A stretch of 64,000 nucleotides of DNA, taken from an uncultured bacterium (GTDB lineage Bacteria; Verrucomicrobiota; Verrucomicrobiia; Limisphaerales; UBA8199). Where the stretch lies: NCBI GenBank assembly GCA_963749495.1, contig CAVVMW010000001.1, positions 256,001 through 320,000 on the forward strand. The letters run 5' to 3'. The notes beneath the pieces were generated by a model. It saw nothing but the letters and a program-made list of their open reading frames with translations. It ran no database searches and was not told the origin of the DNA. A program made the position numbers and the translations under genes. Below, in pieces: positions 31,018 to 40,746 of the stretch; position 1 is the stretch's first letter, and each line of letters starts with the position of its first letter.

Positions 31018-32141
31018 TCACTTTCCGAGGGTGCCAACCACCCGATAATAGCGCACCGGCGCAGCCGCCGTGGCTGCTCCCAGGTCCAGCATAAAGTTGT
31101 TGGTGGTGGAGCCTAGGGTCTGCCAGTTGAGCGGGCTGCCAAGACTGGCGGCATAATCTACACGGTAAGAGCTGACGCCCGCCAGCGCAGTCCACTGCAG
31201 CACGGCTACGGGTTTGGCCAGAGTGATCGTGAAACCCTGGATCGTGGGCGCGGGCGGCGGGTTCGTGGTGGCCCCCGGATGGTTGGCCTGGAACATGCGC
31301 AGCAGGGCGGTTGCACCCCCAGGCAGGTTGTCCGGCGGTTGGGAGCCGTCCGAACGGCGACGTGGAGGTGATCTGGGCGACGATGCCGTAGTTGGGCGCC
31401 AGCCAGTAGTAGTTGAGCACGTACCTGCGTGCCGGCGCTCATGTAACCCTCCCCCAGGCCCAGGTCGATGCCCACGTCATATTCCACCATCTCGTGGACT
31501 CGCAAGCACTCCACGGAACCTATGTTCGGCAACTTGATCGTCCCATAGGCGTCCACGGTGCCGGTCAACGTGTAGGTCAGTTGGTCGGGAAAATCCCCGT
31601 ACCCTGCGAAGGAATAGACCGAACTGAACACCGTGGATCCCGGCCAGGAGTCGCCGTAATGTATCGCATTCGGGAAATCCTGCAGCGCGTTGGTGAACAC
31701 CGATTCGGGCTGGGCCGAACTGAAGGTGGGGTCGTAGAAGCCGTAGTCGAGCCGCCCTTTGACGGGGTCTTGCGTGAAATAAAGCCACGATTCAACGCTG
31801 GGGTCGGCCTCGTCGGTTTTCTGCTCGGCAATCTGCGCCCCGACAGCCACGAAGTCGTCGCCGTAGGGCGTCTTGTCCGCTGTCACGTAATCGAAGCGGT
31901 AGGTCACGTCCTGCGGCCCGGCGCTGAAGTCCCAGGTCTGGGGTCCGCCGGTCGTCCCGAGCATGCTGGAGACCTGCACAGTGTTGCTGCTGTTGTTGCA
32001 GTAAGCATAATAATACTGGCCGGGCTGATTGAACATGTCCGCGCTGGTGATGGTGACCTGCGCTGGCGCGGCCAGGGGGCCAGCCATTAGGGTTGCAGCG
32101 CACAACAGCAGCCTGCACAAGGCCAAACCGGCGCTCACCAT
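31018..32141 (-). CDS. Secreted protein (QVTIT...[11 protein letters not shown] family); frameshifts near 31420 and 31330
   Basis: Signal peptide ending [15 protein letters not shown]; last frame ends with verrucomicrobial-type RYYRV tail. Confidence 0.65.
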
Positions 32142-32394
32142 CGACGACCCCCCTTCCTGCCGAAAACAAGCAATCATATAATTGTACCCAAGTTTGGGGC
32201 GTCGGATTTGGCTGTCAACTGTGCGTTCCAACGCACACCCGGCCTGGGGAAGCTGTAGCGGCGACATGGCCGGGCTGAGTGATCAGAAGCCCTTCGAGCT
32301 ACTGAGCCAGGTCCCGCGATCCTCTCTCGAGTGGTGGTGGCCGCCAGACGCGCCCGGCCTGTCCAGCCTTCAGCCTTCGATTGAACTGACTTTA

Positions 32395-33087
32395 CTAGGA
32401 ACCGCTGTGGTTCTTCATGCAGTCAATGACGCTTGGATCGATGGGGGGGGTGGCTTGCTGCGCCGAGGCAATGTCTTGCTGACTATAGACGGCTTTCGAG
32501 TTTTCTATCTCTTTGATGATCACGTCCGGTTTGACGCCGGCCGAGGCAAGGGCCTTGACGTCATCCAGACTGAGCGGGATGAGGGCAGAATTCTGTGCCG
32601 GCGCTGGGGCCTGCGCCGAGGCCGCCGGTTGCGGGGCGGCAGCCGGCTGCGGCACGGCGGACGGCTGCGGCGCGTAGGGCTGCGGGGGGGCGGCGGAAGG
32701 CGGCGGCGCAGCGTAGCCTGGGGGCGGCGGCGCGGCTGACTGCTGCTGCATCACGTAATCGTTGTGCTGGATGACGGCCAGGGTTTGGGGGGACTGCGCC
32801 TGCAGCCGCTGCCGCTGGTCCTCATCAATCATGTGGCCGATCAAACCGCCGGCCAGCGCGCGGGCAGCGACGCCAATGAAGGCGTTCCGGCCGGCGTGCC
32901 TGCCGCCCGCCAACCCGCCTGCCAGGCCGCCGATCAAGCCGCCGGCCAAGGCGCCGGTTGCCGTATTGTTGGGTCTGCCGTCGGGCGAGGTGCAGCCGCT
33001 GGACAGCACCAGCCCAATACACACCAAGGCGATGCCGGCAGGGACGTGTCTCTGGTTCGTGGTGACGGTTATGTGGTTAATCTTCAT
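32395..33087 (-). CDS. Glycine-zipper lipoprotein
   Basis: LSSGC lipobox, NTATGALAGGLIGGLAGG glycine zipper, C-terminal LS.DDV.AL..AGV...VII motif. Confidence 0.8.
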   Translation of the reverse strand: MKINHITVTTNQRHVPAGIALVCIGLVLSSGCTSPDGRPNNTATGALAGGLIGGLAGGLAGGRHAGRNAFIGVAARALAGGLIGHMIDEDQRQRLQAQSPQTLAVIQHNDYVMQQQSAAPPPPGYAAPPPSAAPPQPYAPQPSAVPQPAAAPQPAASAQAPAPAQNSALIPLSLDDVKALASAGVKPDVIIKEIENSKAVYSQQDIASAQQATPPIDPSVIDCMKNHSGS

Positions 33088-33168
33088 GGTCGTTCTCGCT
33101 TTCTCTGGGGTTGTCAGGCTGGTTGATCGCTTTGAGATGGGATCGGTGCCGGTTGACACCCGGCTTGG

Positions 33169-34482
33169 TTACTTGCTTTTGGAGGAGGTTTTCGCTTGCT
33201 GCGCCGCCGGTTTTGTTGTTGTCGCGGGCGGCCTGTAAACCTTGCTCACGCTGGAGGAGGCGGATGAAGAGGCGGATGAAGAGGCGCCGGACTTGGCAGC
33301 TTGCGCAGTCCGTTGCCCGGCTGCGGCGCTGCTTGCCGAGGACCGTTGCGCTGCCGCTTTCTCGCGGTCGCCCACCGGGGCTCTTTCCTGGAAATGGGCC
33401 ACCTCGACCTTGCGCCCGGTCAGGCGCTCGACCCGCTCGCGGCCCAATCCCTCGTTGACGAATCTGCCATGTTCATCCCGTCGGAACTCGTTCCTGAGCA
33501 CCGTCCGCCTGTAAAACTCGTGGATGCGCTCGCCGCGAATATGGAAGGCGTATTCCCGGCCTCTGAGCCGGAGGAACCCGTCATGGAAATGATCGTAGCC
33601 CACGAACACGAAAACGCCCTCGCCCAGGCCGAAATCAAAATCAACCCCGACGCGACGCCCCCGCCACTCCCAGCCGCCTTCGACAAACACCGCCCCGAAG
33701 GGCAGCGGCGCCCAACCGATGCACGCATCGGCCTCACCGTGCCGCCAGAAAACCCAGGCCGGGCCCCACGTGTAATCCGGCACCCACAACCACCCGCGGC
33801 CCGGCTCCATAACCCAGCGGCCATAGTGAAACGGGATGTCCCCCCACCCATAGTCGGACTGCCAAAACCAGCCGTTCTCCGTATAGACCCACCTGCCCAG
33901 GTCGTAATAAGGGCGCCAGTCCGGGTTGGCTGCCAGCGCGCGGTCCGGGCGCCAGCACCAGCCGTAGCCCGGCACCTCCATCCACGTTCCAAAAGGCGCC
34001 AGTTGGGCGTGGAAGTAGTCGAAATTGACCTGCGGCTGCCCGGCGGGGGGCGTGGCTTCAACGGCGGCGGGGGCGGCGGGCGCAGCCGGCACGGCGGGCG
34101 CCGGGGCATACGAGCCCGGGGCTGCCGGAACGGGCGCCGGGGCTGGCGGCGCGACGAGCACCGCCGGAGCGGCGCCGGCGTTGCCCTGGACCAGGGCCTG
34201 GATCACGGCTTGAGAAACACCCTGTGCGTGCAGATATATTATCTGGTCGGCACTCAGGTTGTAAGAGGCGCCGGACTTCTTGATCTGAGCCACGATCAGG
34301 TCTTCGCCCAGCCCATCCCGAGTGAGTTTGACAACGTCCTCAACCCCAGCTGGCAGGCTTGGTGGCGGTGGTGTCTGGGCAATGCAATTACTGCAGGCGC
34401 TCCAGAGGATTGAGCCGGCGGCAATGCCGGCGAGGATAGCGTGGACCCTCGCCCGAGGCGATGGCCGTCTTTCAGTTTTCAT
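33169..34482 (-). CDS. Secreted protein with DUF6600-like Trp/Gly-rich domain
   Basis: LAPFGTW, WRPY..GRWVYT..GW.W.SDY.WG..PFHYGRW, WGPAWV.WR, GWAPLP. Confidence 0.8.
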   Translation of the reverse strand: MKTERRPSPRARVHAILAGIAAGSILWSACSNCIAQTPPPPSLPAGVEDVVKLTRDGLGEDLIVAQIKKSGASYNLSADQIIYLHAQGVSQAVIQALVQGNAGAAPAVLVAPPAPAPVPAAPGSYAPAPAVPAAPAAPAAVEATPPAGQPQVNFDYFHAQLAPFGTWMEVPGYGWCWRPDRALAANPDWRPYYDLGRWVYTENGWFWQSDYGWGDIPFHYGRWVMEPGRGWLWVPDYTWGPAWVFWRHGEADACIGWAPLPFGAVFVEGGWEWRGRRVGVDFDFGLGEGVFVFVGYDHFHDGFLRLRGREYAFHIRGERIHEFYRRTVLRNEFRRDEHGRFVNEGLGRERVERLTGRKVEVAHFQERAPVGDREKAAAQRSSASSAAAGQRTAQAAKSGASSSASSSASSSVSKVYRPPATTTKPAAQQAKTSSKSK

Positions 34483-34629
34483 TGGTGGTCCGGTTATTCA
34501 CGGTTCATCTCGACGGGGAACCAAGCGAGCCCAGAACGGGTGCTGGCTGGATTCCTTCCGCCGATGCTCGCAATTACGCATAGACCGCCATCCCGGTCAA
34601 GGCGATTCCGCTCTGCGTAGCCTCTTCTA

Positions 34630-34723
34630 ATCCCGAAGGGATACAATCACTCAGCCCAGGGTTGCGCGGAACGCGCTACCCTGGGTGTCAGGCCACCAAA
34701 TGCTGGAAACCCTGAAAAGGGTC
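34630..34723. repeat. Partial REP-like element (ATCCCGAAGGGAT / CCCAGGGT...CCCTGGG family)
   Basis: Three short palindromes in series; mirror half missing. Confidence 0.6.
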
Positions 34724-34860
34724 TCATCGAAAGCGCCCCGCCGTCCTCGATTCCGGCTGTGTCGCTCCTCGAAAGTAAAGCCCAATCTGGTCCTTGGCAC
34801 ACGGCGGCCGGGGGTCTTGTGGTCTCCAACTGAGTGAACTTACTCACTGATTGAGTATTA

Positions 34861-35060
34861 TTGCTCTGGGACGAAGAACTGGCGAGCGGGGGCACGGTCC
34901 GCCCGCTGCTGCTGGGTTCGTCGGCGCTGCTCGTGCAACGCGGCCTGACCGAGAGCCTGGCGGGACGGTTCTTCCTGCACCGCTGCACGCATTGGTCGTG
35001 GCCCGAATGCCGGGTGGCGTTCGCCTGGACCCTGGACCAGTGGATCTATTTTGGTTCTTC
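34861..35060 (+). pseudogene. Internal fragment of AAA_14/DUF4143-type ATPase
   Basis: LWDE...LLGSSALL...GLTESLAGRF..H...HWS...YFG; no Walker A, no start context. Confidence 0.7.
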
Positions 35061-35232
35061 TCCCGCCCCGCCCCCGAGTGGTTTCGGTGAGGGCCGGCTG
35101 GTGTCTTTCCAAAATGGAACGATAATCCGGCGCTCCCTCTTCCTGCCGCCGACGGTCCATTTGCCGCCCGAATTCTCGAGTCGGGGCCATTGACATAGTC
35201 GCTCGGCGCGCCTGGGCGCCAGGGGCGCCAGC

Positions 35233-35367
35233 GTAGCGCAGGTTTCCAAACCTGCTGTATCGCGGGTTTCCAAACCCGCAGGCCGTCCGCAAACCGGGGG
35301 CGCTCGACATGCCAACGCCCTGCCGATTGGAAATCGGCGATACGGCAGGTTTGGAAACCTGCGCTAC
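35233..35367. repeat. REP doublet (GTAGCGCAGGTTTCCAAACCTGC family)
   Basis: GTAG-initiated palindrome with inverted copy ending GCAGGTTTGGAAACCTGCGCTAC. Confidence 0.85.
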
Positions 35368-35451
35368 AACTTTGTCGACGGCCCTGATCCTCGAGTTGGT
35401 TTCCTGCAAATCGCGCTTGAAACCCGGCCGGCCAGGGAGCATTCTGATTGC

Positions 35452-35640
35452 ATGAGCAAGGTTGATCAAATCGAGGCTGAACTGGAAAAGCTCTCGCCTG
35501 CGGAATTGAAGCAGGTTCGCGATTGGCTGGATGACTTTGCCGAGGACCGGATGGCCTTCACGCCGGATTTCCAAACAGCTATCCAAGAGTCCGAACGGCA
35601 AATGGCCGCCGGGATGCGGCCACGCGCGCGGCAGCCCTGA
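35452..35640 (+). CDS. Small antitoxin-like protein
   Basis: 62 aa acidic MSKVDQIEAELEKLS..EL..VRDWL; TTGAAA-17-CATTCT promoter 6 nt before ATG. Confidence 0.6.
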   Translation: MSKVDQIEAELEKLSPAELKQVRDWLDDFAEDRMAFTPDFQTAIQESERQMAAGMRPRARQP

Positions 35641-35648
35641 CCGCCGGC

Positions 35649-35726
35649 ATGAGGGCGGCCCTCCAAGTCTTTTACACGCCCTTCGACGCGGCATTTCGAC
35701 GCCTTTTCTTGCAAGAGTGTAAATAG
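35649..35726 (+). pseudogene. Possible truncated RelE-like toxin start
   Basis: MRAALQVFYTPFDAAFRRL then early stop; position directly after the antitoxin-like gene. Confidence 0.35.
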
Positions 35727-35850
35727 TCTGGACGACCCCTTTTCGCTGCTACGGCCATTTTAGACCGCTTCCTCCAGCGGCAGAAGAGGAAAACCTGTGA
35801 AGCGATTTACCGGGTCAGGCTCCCTGATGGCACAGAAGCAACAAGCAGGG

Positions 35851-36711
35851 TCAAATCGTTTTGAACCAGTCCTCTTTGACCGAGACCTCTTCAACCATTT
35901 TAACGCTGACGCCCAGGCCATATTCCTTAAGTTTATCGGCCAGGGCCTCCCCATCGATAAGGTCAATGGGCGGCGCCCCATCCCGTGTGGCCTCTTTGAT
36001 GGCGTCCTTTGGGAAGGTGCCAGTGGTCATGAAGAGCCCCTTATCAGCGCGACCAACCATGGCGCCGCGAAAGTCACGAATGGCGGCGGGTGACACAACG
36101 CCTTGGTAGCGCTTGCACTGGAATACGACGTGAAAGCTCATGAAGCCGTGGATTCGAGCGATTCCTCTACCATCAATGCCTCCATCACCAGACCGGCCTG
36201 TCACTTCGACCTGGATGAACCCGGCCTCCCTCAGAACGCGCTGAACCAGCCTCTCAAAAGCCGAAGGATCAAGAGCCTTGGTGAGCAGGACGAATAGGCG
36301 TTTGCGCCAGTCCTCCACTGGGCCCTCCACGTCGTCCTTGGGATTGGGGCCCGTTTTTGCCCTCTGCTTTTTATGGGAGTTCCGCGTCCGCTCGCCGACA
36401 ACTCTCCGCACTTCTTTTATGTCCAGGGCCTCCACGCCTTCGGCGGCTTTTGTGAGTGCCCAGACGCCGCGAGATGAATTGTCCAGGATGCCGTAATTCT
36501 TTAACTAGGTGCGCGCCCATGCTAACCGGTATTCAACCTCGGTCATGTTGCTGTTCCCCGGGTCGTGCAATTTTTCGAGCACAGGCGCAGGGATCGCCAT
36601 GATTTCGACGACTTTGTTGTTGATTTCCTCCACGGTCCCAGAGCCTCCAAGCTGCTTCATGGCCTTAAGGAGGGGCGTCCAGAACGTTGGGTAGCTGGGC
36701 ACGTCGTTCAT
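35851..36711 (-). pseudogene. mrr: Mrr restriction endonuclease interrupted by one in-frame TAG (36505-36507)
   Basis: Mrr_N (LGGSG, YRLAWART*LK..G...NS.RGVW) in frame with Mrr_cat (FERLV, G.SGDGGIDG, QCKRY, IRDFRG, LIDGE.L). Confidence 0.9.
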
Positions 36712-36789
36712 GATGAAAAGCTATGATTTTCCACGGGGGCTGTGCGAGTAAATTCGATTTGGCTTCAAACCGTGAAGAACTCGCTTGAG

Positions 36790-36915
36790 GCAGTGGTGAT
36801 CCCCGCGAGGCTGTCCATGAAGATGATCAGGACTGGGAACGGTTTTTGGAAATCGTGGGTCAAACCTGCGAACAGACAGGGTGGCAGGTCCAGGCATTTT
36901 GCCTCATGCCCAATG
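36790..36915 (+). mobile_element. N-terminal fragment of REP-associated tyrosine (Y1/HUH) transposase
   Basis: GDPREAVHEDDQDWERFLEIVGQTCEQTGWQVQAFCLMPN, broken just before the HUH motif. Confidence 0.7.
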
Positions 36916-36998
36916 CGGCCCCGCTGGAGCATGGCGAAGCTGTGCCCGCAGACCACGCAGAATCCGCGGGAATCCGGATGGAACCAGGCGCAGCGCAT

Positions 36999-37194
36999 GC
37001 GTCGCGGAGCGACGCAGTGAAGGTAGCCGTGGACCTCGGTCCACGGTTGCGGGCGCGGAATGCTCGCGCGTCGCGTAGCGACGCCTGATAGCGTCGCGGC
37101 TTTCAGGCGTCGCTACGCGACGCGTCCAACTTGGGCCATGGGTGTCCGTGGACTGGAAGTCCACGGCTACCTCCACTGCGTCGCTACGCGACGC
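36999..37194. repeat. Single REPIN-like element, same family as the 211 bp array (inverted)
   Basis: GCGTCGCGGAGCGACGC, GGTAGCCGTGGAC..GTCCACGG, CGTCGCGTAGCGACGCCTGA..TCAGGCGTCGCTACGCGACG. Confidence 0.9.
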
Positions 37195-37280
37195 GGGTGC
37201 TCTCTTTCTGCGTCGTCCGCGTGGTCTGCGGGCGCGTCTCCACCGCCCTATCGCGACATACTTTCGCAGTGAAGCCTGGC

Positions 37281-38564
37281 TCAATTCAGTGGCACGCCGC
37301 GGCGCAGGTAGGTGGGCAGGTCGAGGTCTTCGCCTTTGTGGATGTTGGGCTCGCTCTTGTCGAAGCGGCCTTTGTGGGCGGTCTCGAGGGCCAGTTGGGT
37401 CTGGAACATGCGGGCGGGTTTCTTGCGGGGGCGGGAGCCGGGCGCGCCCTGGCGGGCGACCAGTCCGTCAACGGGGTCGGTGCCCAAGGTGGCGCCCTGT
37501 GCGGCAAACCTGGAGCTGGGCCGGGCGTTGGAGGGGCTGCCGAGCAATGAGGTTTGGAGAGTGTCTTCGGGGGATGCGCCGTCGGCCTCAGCGCACTTGC
37601 GGGCGGCGATGACGGTGACAGCGAGGCGCTCGCGGAAGGCCTCATCGACGGCAGCGCCCATGACGACCTGGGCGTGTTCGCAGTGGCGGTTGATCTGCTC
37701 CATGACGCGGTTGACCTCGGCCATGGTGAGGTCGGGCCCGCCCATGAGGCTGACCATGACGGCGTCGGCCTCGGCGAGCGACTGGCCGGCGTCGAGGAGG
37801 GGATGGGCGAGGAGTTTCTCGGCAACCTCGCGCGAGCGGGTGGCGCCCATGGCCTCGGCCACGGCGAAGGCGCTCTGGACGTGGCGGTCGCGCAGCAGTT
37901 CGCACAGGTCGTCGAAGTGGATGTCGATCAGCCCGGTGTGGGTCAGCAGCCGCCAGAAGCTGCGCACCCCGTCGGCCAGGTATTCATTGGTGATCTTGAA
38001 GGTCTCCAGGGCGCTGGTGTTTTCGTCGATGAGCTTGAAGACCTTCTGGTTGGGGAGGCAGACCAGGCCATCGGCGGCCTGGCGCAGGTCGGCAAGCCCT
38101 TGCGCCGCCAGCCGCTGCCGGCGCGCCCCCTCGCAGTCGAAGGGGGTCAGGACAAACCCCAGCGCCAGCGCCCCGGCCTGCTTGGCGGCCCGGGCCAGGA
38201 CCGGGCAGATGCCGGTGCCCGCCCCGCCCCCCAGGCCGGCCAGGAAGAAGACCACGTCCATGCCCTGGCAGAGCGACTTGAGGCGCTCGATGTTTTCCTG
38301 GGCGGCCGCGCGGGCGCGGTCCGGGTCGCCCCCGGAGCCCAGTCCGCGCAAGAGGCGCGTCTCCAGGTGAAGTTTCTCGGGCGCGGCGGAGGCGGCGAGC
38401 GAGGCCGCGTCGGTGTTCAGGGCGGCGAAACGGACGCCGTCCAGGTCGCTGCGGATGAGTTGGTCGAGGACGTTGCACCCGGCGCCGCCGACGCCGATGA
38501 CCTTGATCGAGATGGTCTTGCGGCGAGAGGCGGTGGCGGGGATGGCTGGAGCTTGAGTGGTCAT
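37281..38564 (-). CDS. ftsZ: Cell division protein FtsZ (divergent motifs)
   Basis: IKVIGVGGAGCN, LNTD, GLG.GGDP, GLGGGAGTG, PF..EG..R, C-terminal DLDLPTYLR. Confidence 0.95.
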   Translation of the reverse strand: MTTQAPAIPATASRRKTISIKVIGVGGAGCNVLDQLIRSDLDGVRFAALNTDAASLAASAAPEKLHLETRLLRGLGSGGDPDRARAAAQENIERLKSLCQGMDVVFFLAGLGGGAGTGICPVLARAAKQAGALALGFVLTPFDCEGARRQRLAAQGLADLRQAADGLVCLPNQKVFKLIDENTSALETFKITNEYLADGVRSFWRLLTHTGLIDIHFDDLCELLRDRHVQSAFAVAEAMGATRSREVAEKLLAHPLLDAGQSLAEADAVMVSLMGGPDLTMAEVNRVMEQINRHCEHAQVVMGAAVDEAFRERLAVTVIAARKCAEADGASPEDTLQTSLLGSPSNARPSSRFAAQGATLGTDPVDGLVARQGAPGSRPRKKPARMFQTQLALETAHKGRFDKSEPNIHKGEDLDLPTYLRRGVPLN

Positions 38565-38568
38565 AGGT

Positions 38569-39795
38569 TCATTCTTTGCCAAACCAATGCCCGAGTGTTG
38601 CCTTGAGGCCTTGGGCCAGGGAGGCCTTGGCGGCGCGTTTGCGCTGCTGGAACGAGCCGAACTTGGCCAGGCCGATGGCGGTGGCGAACTCGGGCTGGTC
38701 GAGGGCGGACTTGAGGCCGCTGATGGAATTGGTTTTGCCCAGGCAGACTGGCATCTGGAGGACCTGCTCGGCGAGCTTGGCGATATGGGGGATGCGCGCC
38801 CCGCCTCCGCACAGAAAGACCCCCGCGCGCAGGTAGTCCAGGGCGCCCGCCTGTTCGATGTCCTGGCCGACGAGCATGAAGATCTCCTCCAACCGCAGCG
38901 ACATGATGCGGCGCAGGTGCTCGAGGTTCACCTGGCGCGGGGTGAGCCCGGGCTCGTGGGTGGGGATGGGGATCGTCTGGCCTTTGAGCGAATCGTCGAG
39001 CAGGGCGGAGCCGTGCTCCAGCTTGAACTGCTCGGCGCGGGAGAGGGAGATTTTCAGGCCGTAGGCCAGGTCGTTCGAGACATGGTCGCCCCCCACCGCC
39101 AGGACGCCGGTGTGTTTGACGATGCCCTTGGCATAGACGACGTATTCGGTGGTGCCCCCGCCGATATCGATGACGAGCGAGCCGAGTTCCTTTTGCTCGT
39201 TGTTGAGCAGCGCCAGCGCCGAGGCCAGCCCGCCGAAGACGATGTCATCGACCTCGAGCTGGAGGCCCTTGACGACGCGGATGGCGTTCTGGAGCCGGTT
39301 GAGGCTGCCATGGATGACGTGGACATCGACCTCGATGCGCGAGCCGAGCATGCCCACGGGATTGGAGACCGCGTCCTGGTCGTCCACATGGAAATGCTGG
39401 CGGATGGCGTGAATGACGTGGTTCTGGGCCGGGAGGTTGATGGTCTTGGCGTTCTTGATGACGTCATGCACGTCCTCCTCGGTGATGTCGCGATCTGCGG
39501 AGACGACGGGGTGGACGCCGCGATTGTTGAAGCCGCGCACGTGGCCGCCGGTGACCGCGAGAAAGACACTCTGGATCTCGACATCGGCCATCTGCTCGGC
39601 CTCGGCGATGGCGTGGCGCACGTCCTCCTCGGCCGCGCTCGCGTTGATAATCTCGCCTTTGCGCACGCCGCGAGAGCGGGCCTGGCCCAGGCCCACTATG
39701 TTCAGGGCCCCATCCGCGCTCAAATCGCCCACCACGGCGCAGACCTTCGAGGTGCCGATTTCCAGGCCGACGATGATGGAGGAGGGCTCAAACAT
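38569..39795 (-). CDS. ftsA: Cell division protein FtsA
   Basis: GLEIGTSKV, GVRKGEI, NPVGM.G, DIGGGTT, GGD, CGGGA, P.FATAIGL. Confidence 0.95.
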   Translation of the reverse strand: MFEPSSIIVGLEIGTSKVCAVVGDLSADGALNIVGLGQARSRGVRKGEIINASAAEEDVRHAIAEAEQMADVEIQSVFLAVTGGHVRGFNNRGVHPVVSADRDITEEDVHDVIKNAKTINLPAQNHVIHAIRQHFHVDDQDAVSNPVGMLGSRIEVDVHVIHGSLNRLQNAIRVVKGLQLEVDDIVFGGLASALALLNNEQKELGSLVIDIGGGTTEYVVYAKGIVKHTGVLAVGGDHVSNDLAYGLKISLSRAEQFKLEHGSALLDDSLKGQTIPIPTHEPGLTPRQVNLEHLRRIMSLRLEEIFMLVGQDIEQAGALDYLRAGVFLCGGGARIPHIAKLAEQVLQMPVCLGKTNSISGLKSALDQPEFATAIGLAKFGSFQQRKRAAKASLAQGLKATLGHWFGKE

Positions 39796-40744
39796 GTTTT
39801 TTCCTGATGCGAAGGGGTTTAGGGGCTTTGTTGGTGCTGATGGGGGCGGCGCTGGTCTGGAGCCAGCGGGCCGGGACATTATTGGTGACGGCCAAATCGA
39901 GGGAGGCGAGGTTCTTGTTTTCTCTTTGGCCGCGGTCATAGACCTGGTGCCAGCGGCGGAGCTGGCGCTCCAGGCCGGTCAGGCCAAAGGTGATCTCGGC
40001 CCCCTGGTCGGTGGTGACCGTGAGGGCATCGGCCGCGGAGAGGTCGATGCGCTTGATCTCGACGAAGCCGGCCATCGGGGAGCCATCGAAGCCGCGCAGC
40101 AAGTCCAAGGCGGCGCTGAGCTGGGGCGTCTTGAGGCGGCGGCCGGGCTGGAGGTCGTTGGGGTCGAGCGGGCAAATGACGGGCAGGGGCTCGACCGGCG
40201 GGACCCCGTTGGCGCGCTGGCGCGGGTCCAGCGGGAGCATGACACAGCCGTTGGTATCGATGAGGTAGGTCGCCAACTCGAAGCCGCCCTGCGGGCTCGG
40301 ACGGGGGACGGTGGCCTGGGCGATCGGTTCGCGCTCGAAGACGCGGATGCGCAGTGTGTGCGGCGGGATACGTTCCACCGAGGCCGAGTCGATGCAGGGG
40401 ATCAATTCCAGGTCCCGTTTCACCGCGGCCAGGTCCAGGGCCAGGAGATTGTCGCCCGGCCTGACGCCGCTCCAGCGCCGGAGTTGGTCGAGGGCTATCA
40501 CGCCGTCGGTGCTCAGATCCAATTCCCGGATGGAAAAGGCCCTGTTCCGGTAAACCAACCGGTCCAGCGCCCATTGCCCGCCCCACCAGAGCCCGTAAGC
40601 CACGAGCACGGTCATGAAGAGCGCGCCCAGGCCCAGCGCAGCGAAGCGATTGCGCGCCGCGCGGACCTGGCTGGAGCGCAGCTTCACGTCGAGCACGTGC
40701 TCGCGTCCCAACCGTCTATTCCTGCGCTTGTGTTTGAACCACAT
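39788..40744 (-). CDS. ftsQ: Cell division protein FtsQ/DivIB
   Basis: Basic N-terminus, single TM, POTRA (GDNLLALDL, R..PHTLRIRV.EREP); lies between ddl and ftsA. Confidence 0.85.
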   Translation of the reverse strand: MWFKHKRRNRRLGREHVLDVKLRSSQVRAARNRFAALGLGALFMTVLVAYGLWWGGQWALDRLVYRNRAFSIRELDLSTDGVIALDQLRRWSGVRPGDNLLALDLAAVKRDLELIPCIDSASVERIPPHTLRIRVFEREPIAQATVPRPSPQGGFELATYLIDTNGCVMLPLDPRQRANGVPPVEPLPVICPLDPNDLQPGRRLKTPQLSAALDLLRGFDGSPMAGFVEIKRIDLSAADALTVTTDQGAEITFGLTGLERQLRRWHQVYDRGQRENKNLASLDLAVTNNVPARWLQTSAAPISTNKAPKPLRIRKKHV

Positions 40745-40746
40745 GT

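Noticed and set aside
36505..36507. Amber recoding or readthrough in mrr
   Set aside because: TAG is a normal stop for several intact genes here (srlD, mraY, 28127-29728); no suppressor machinery seen.
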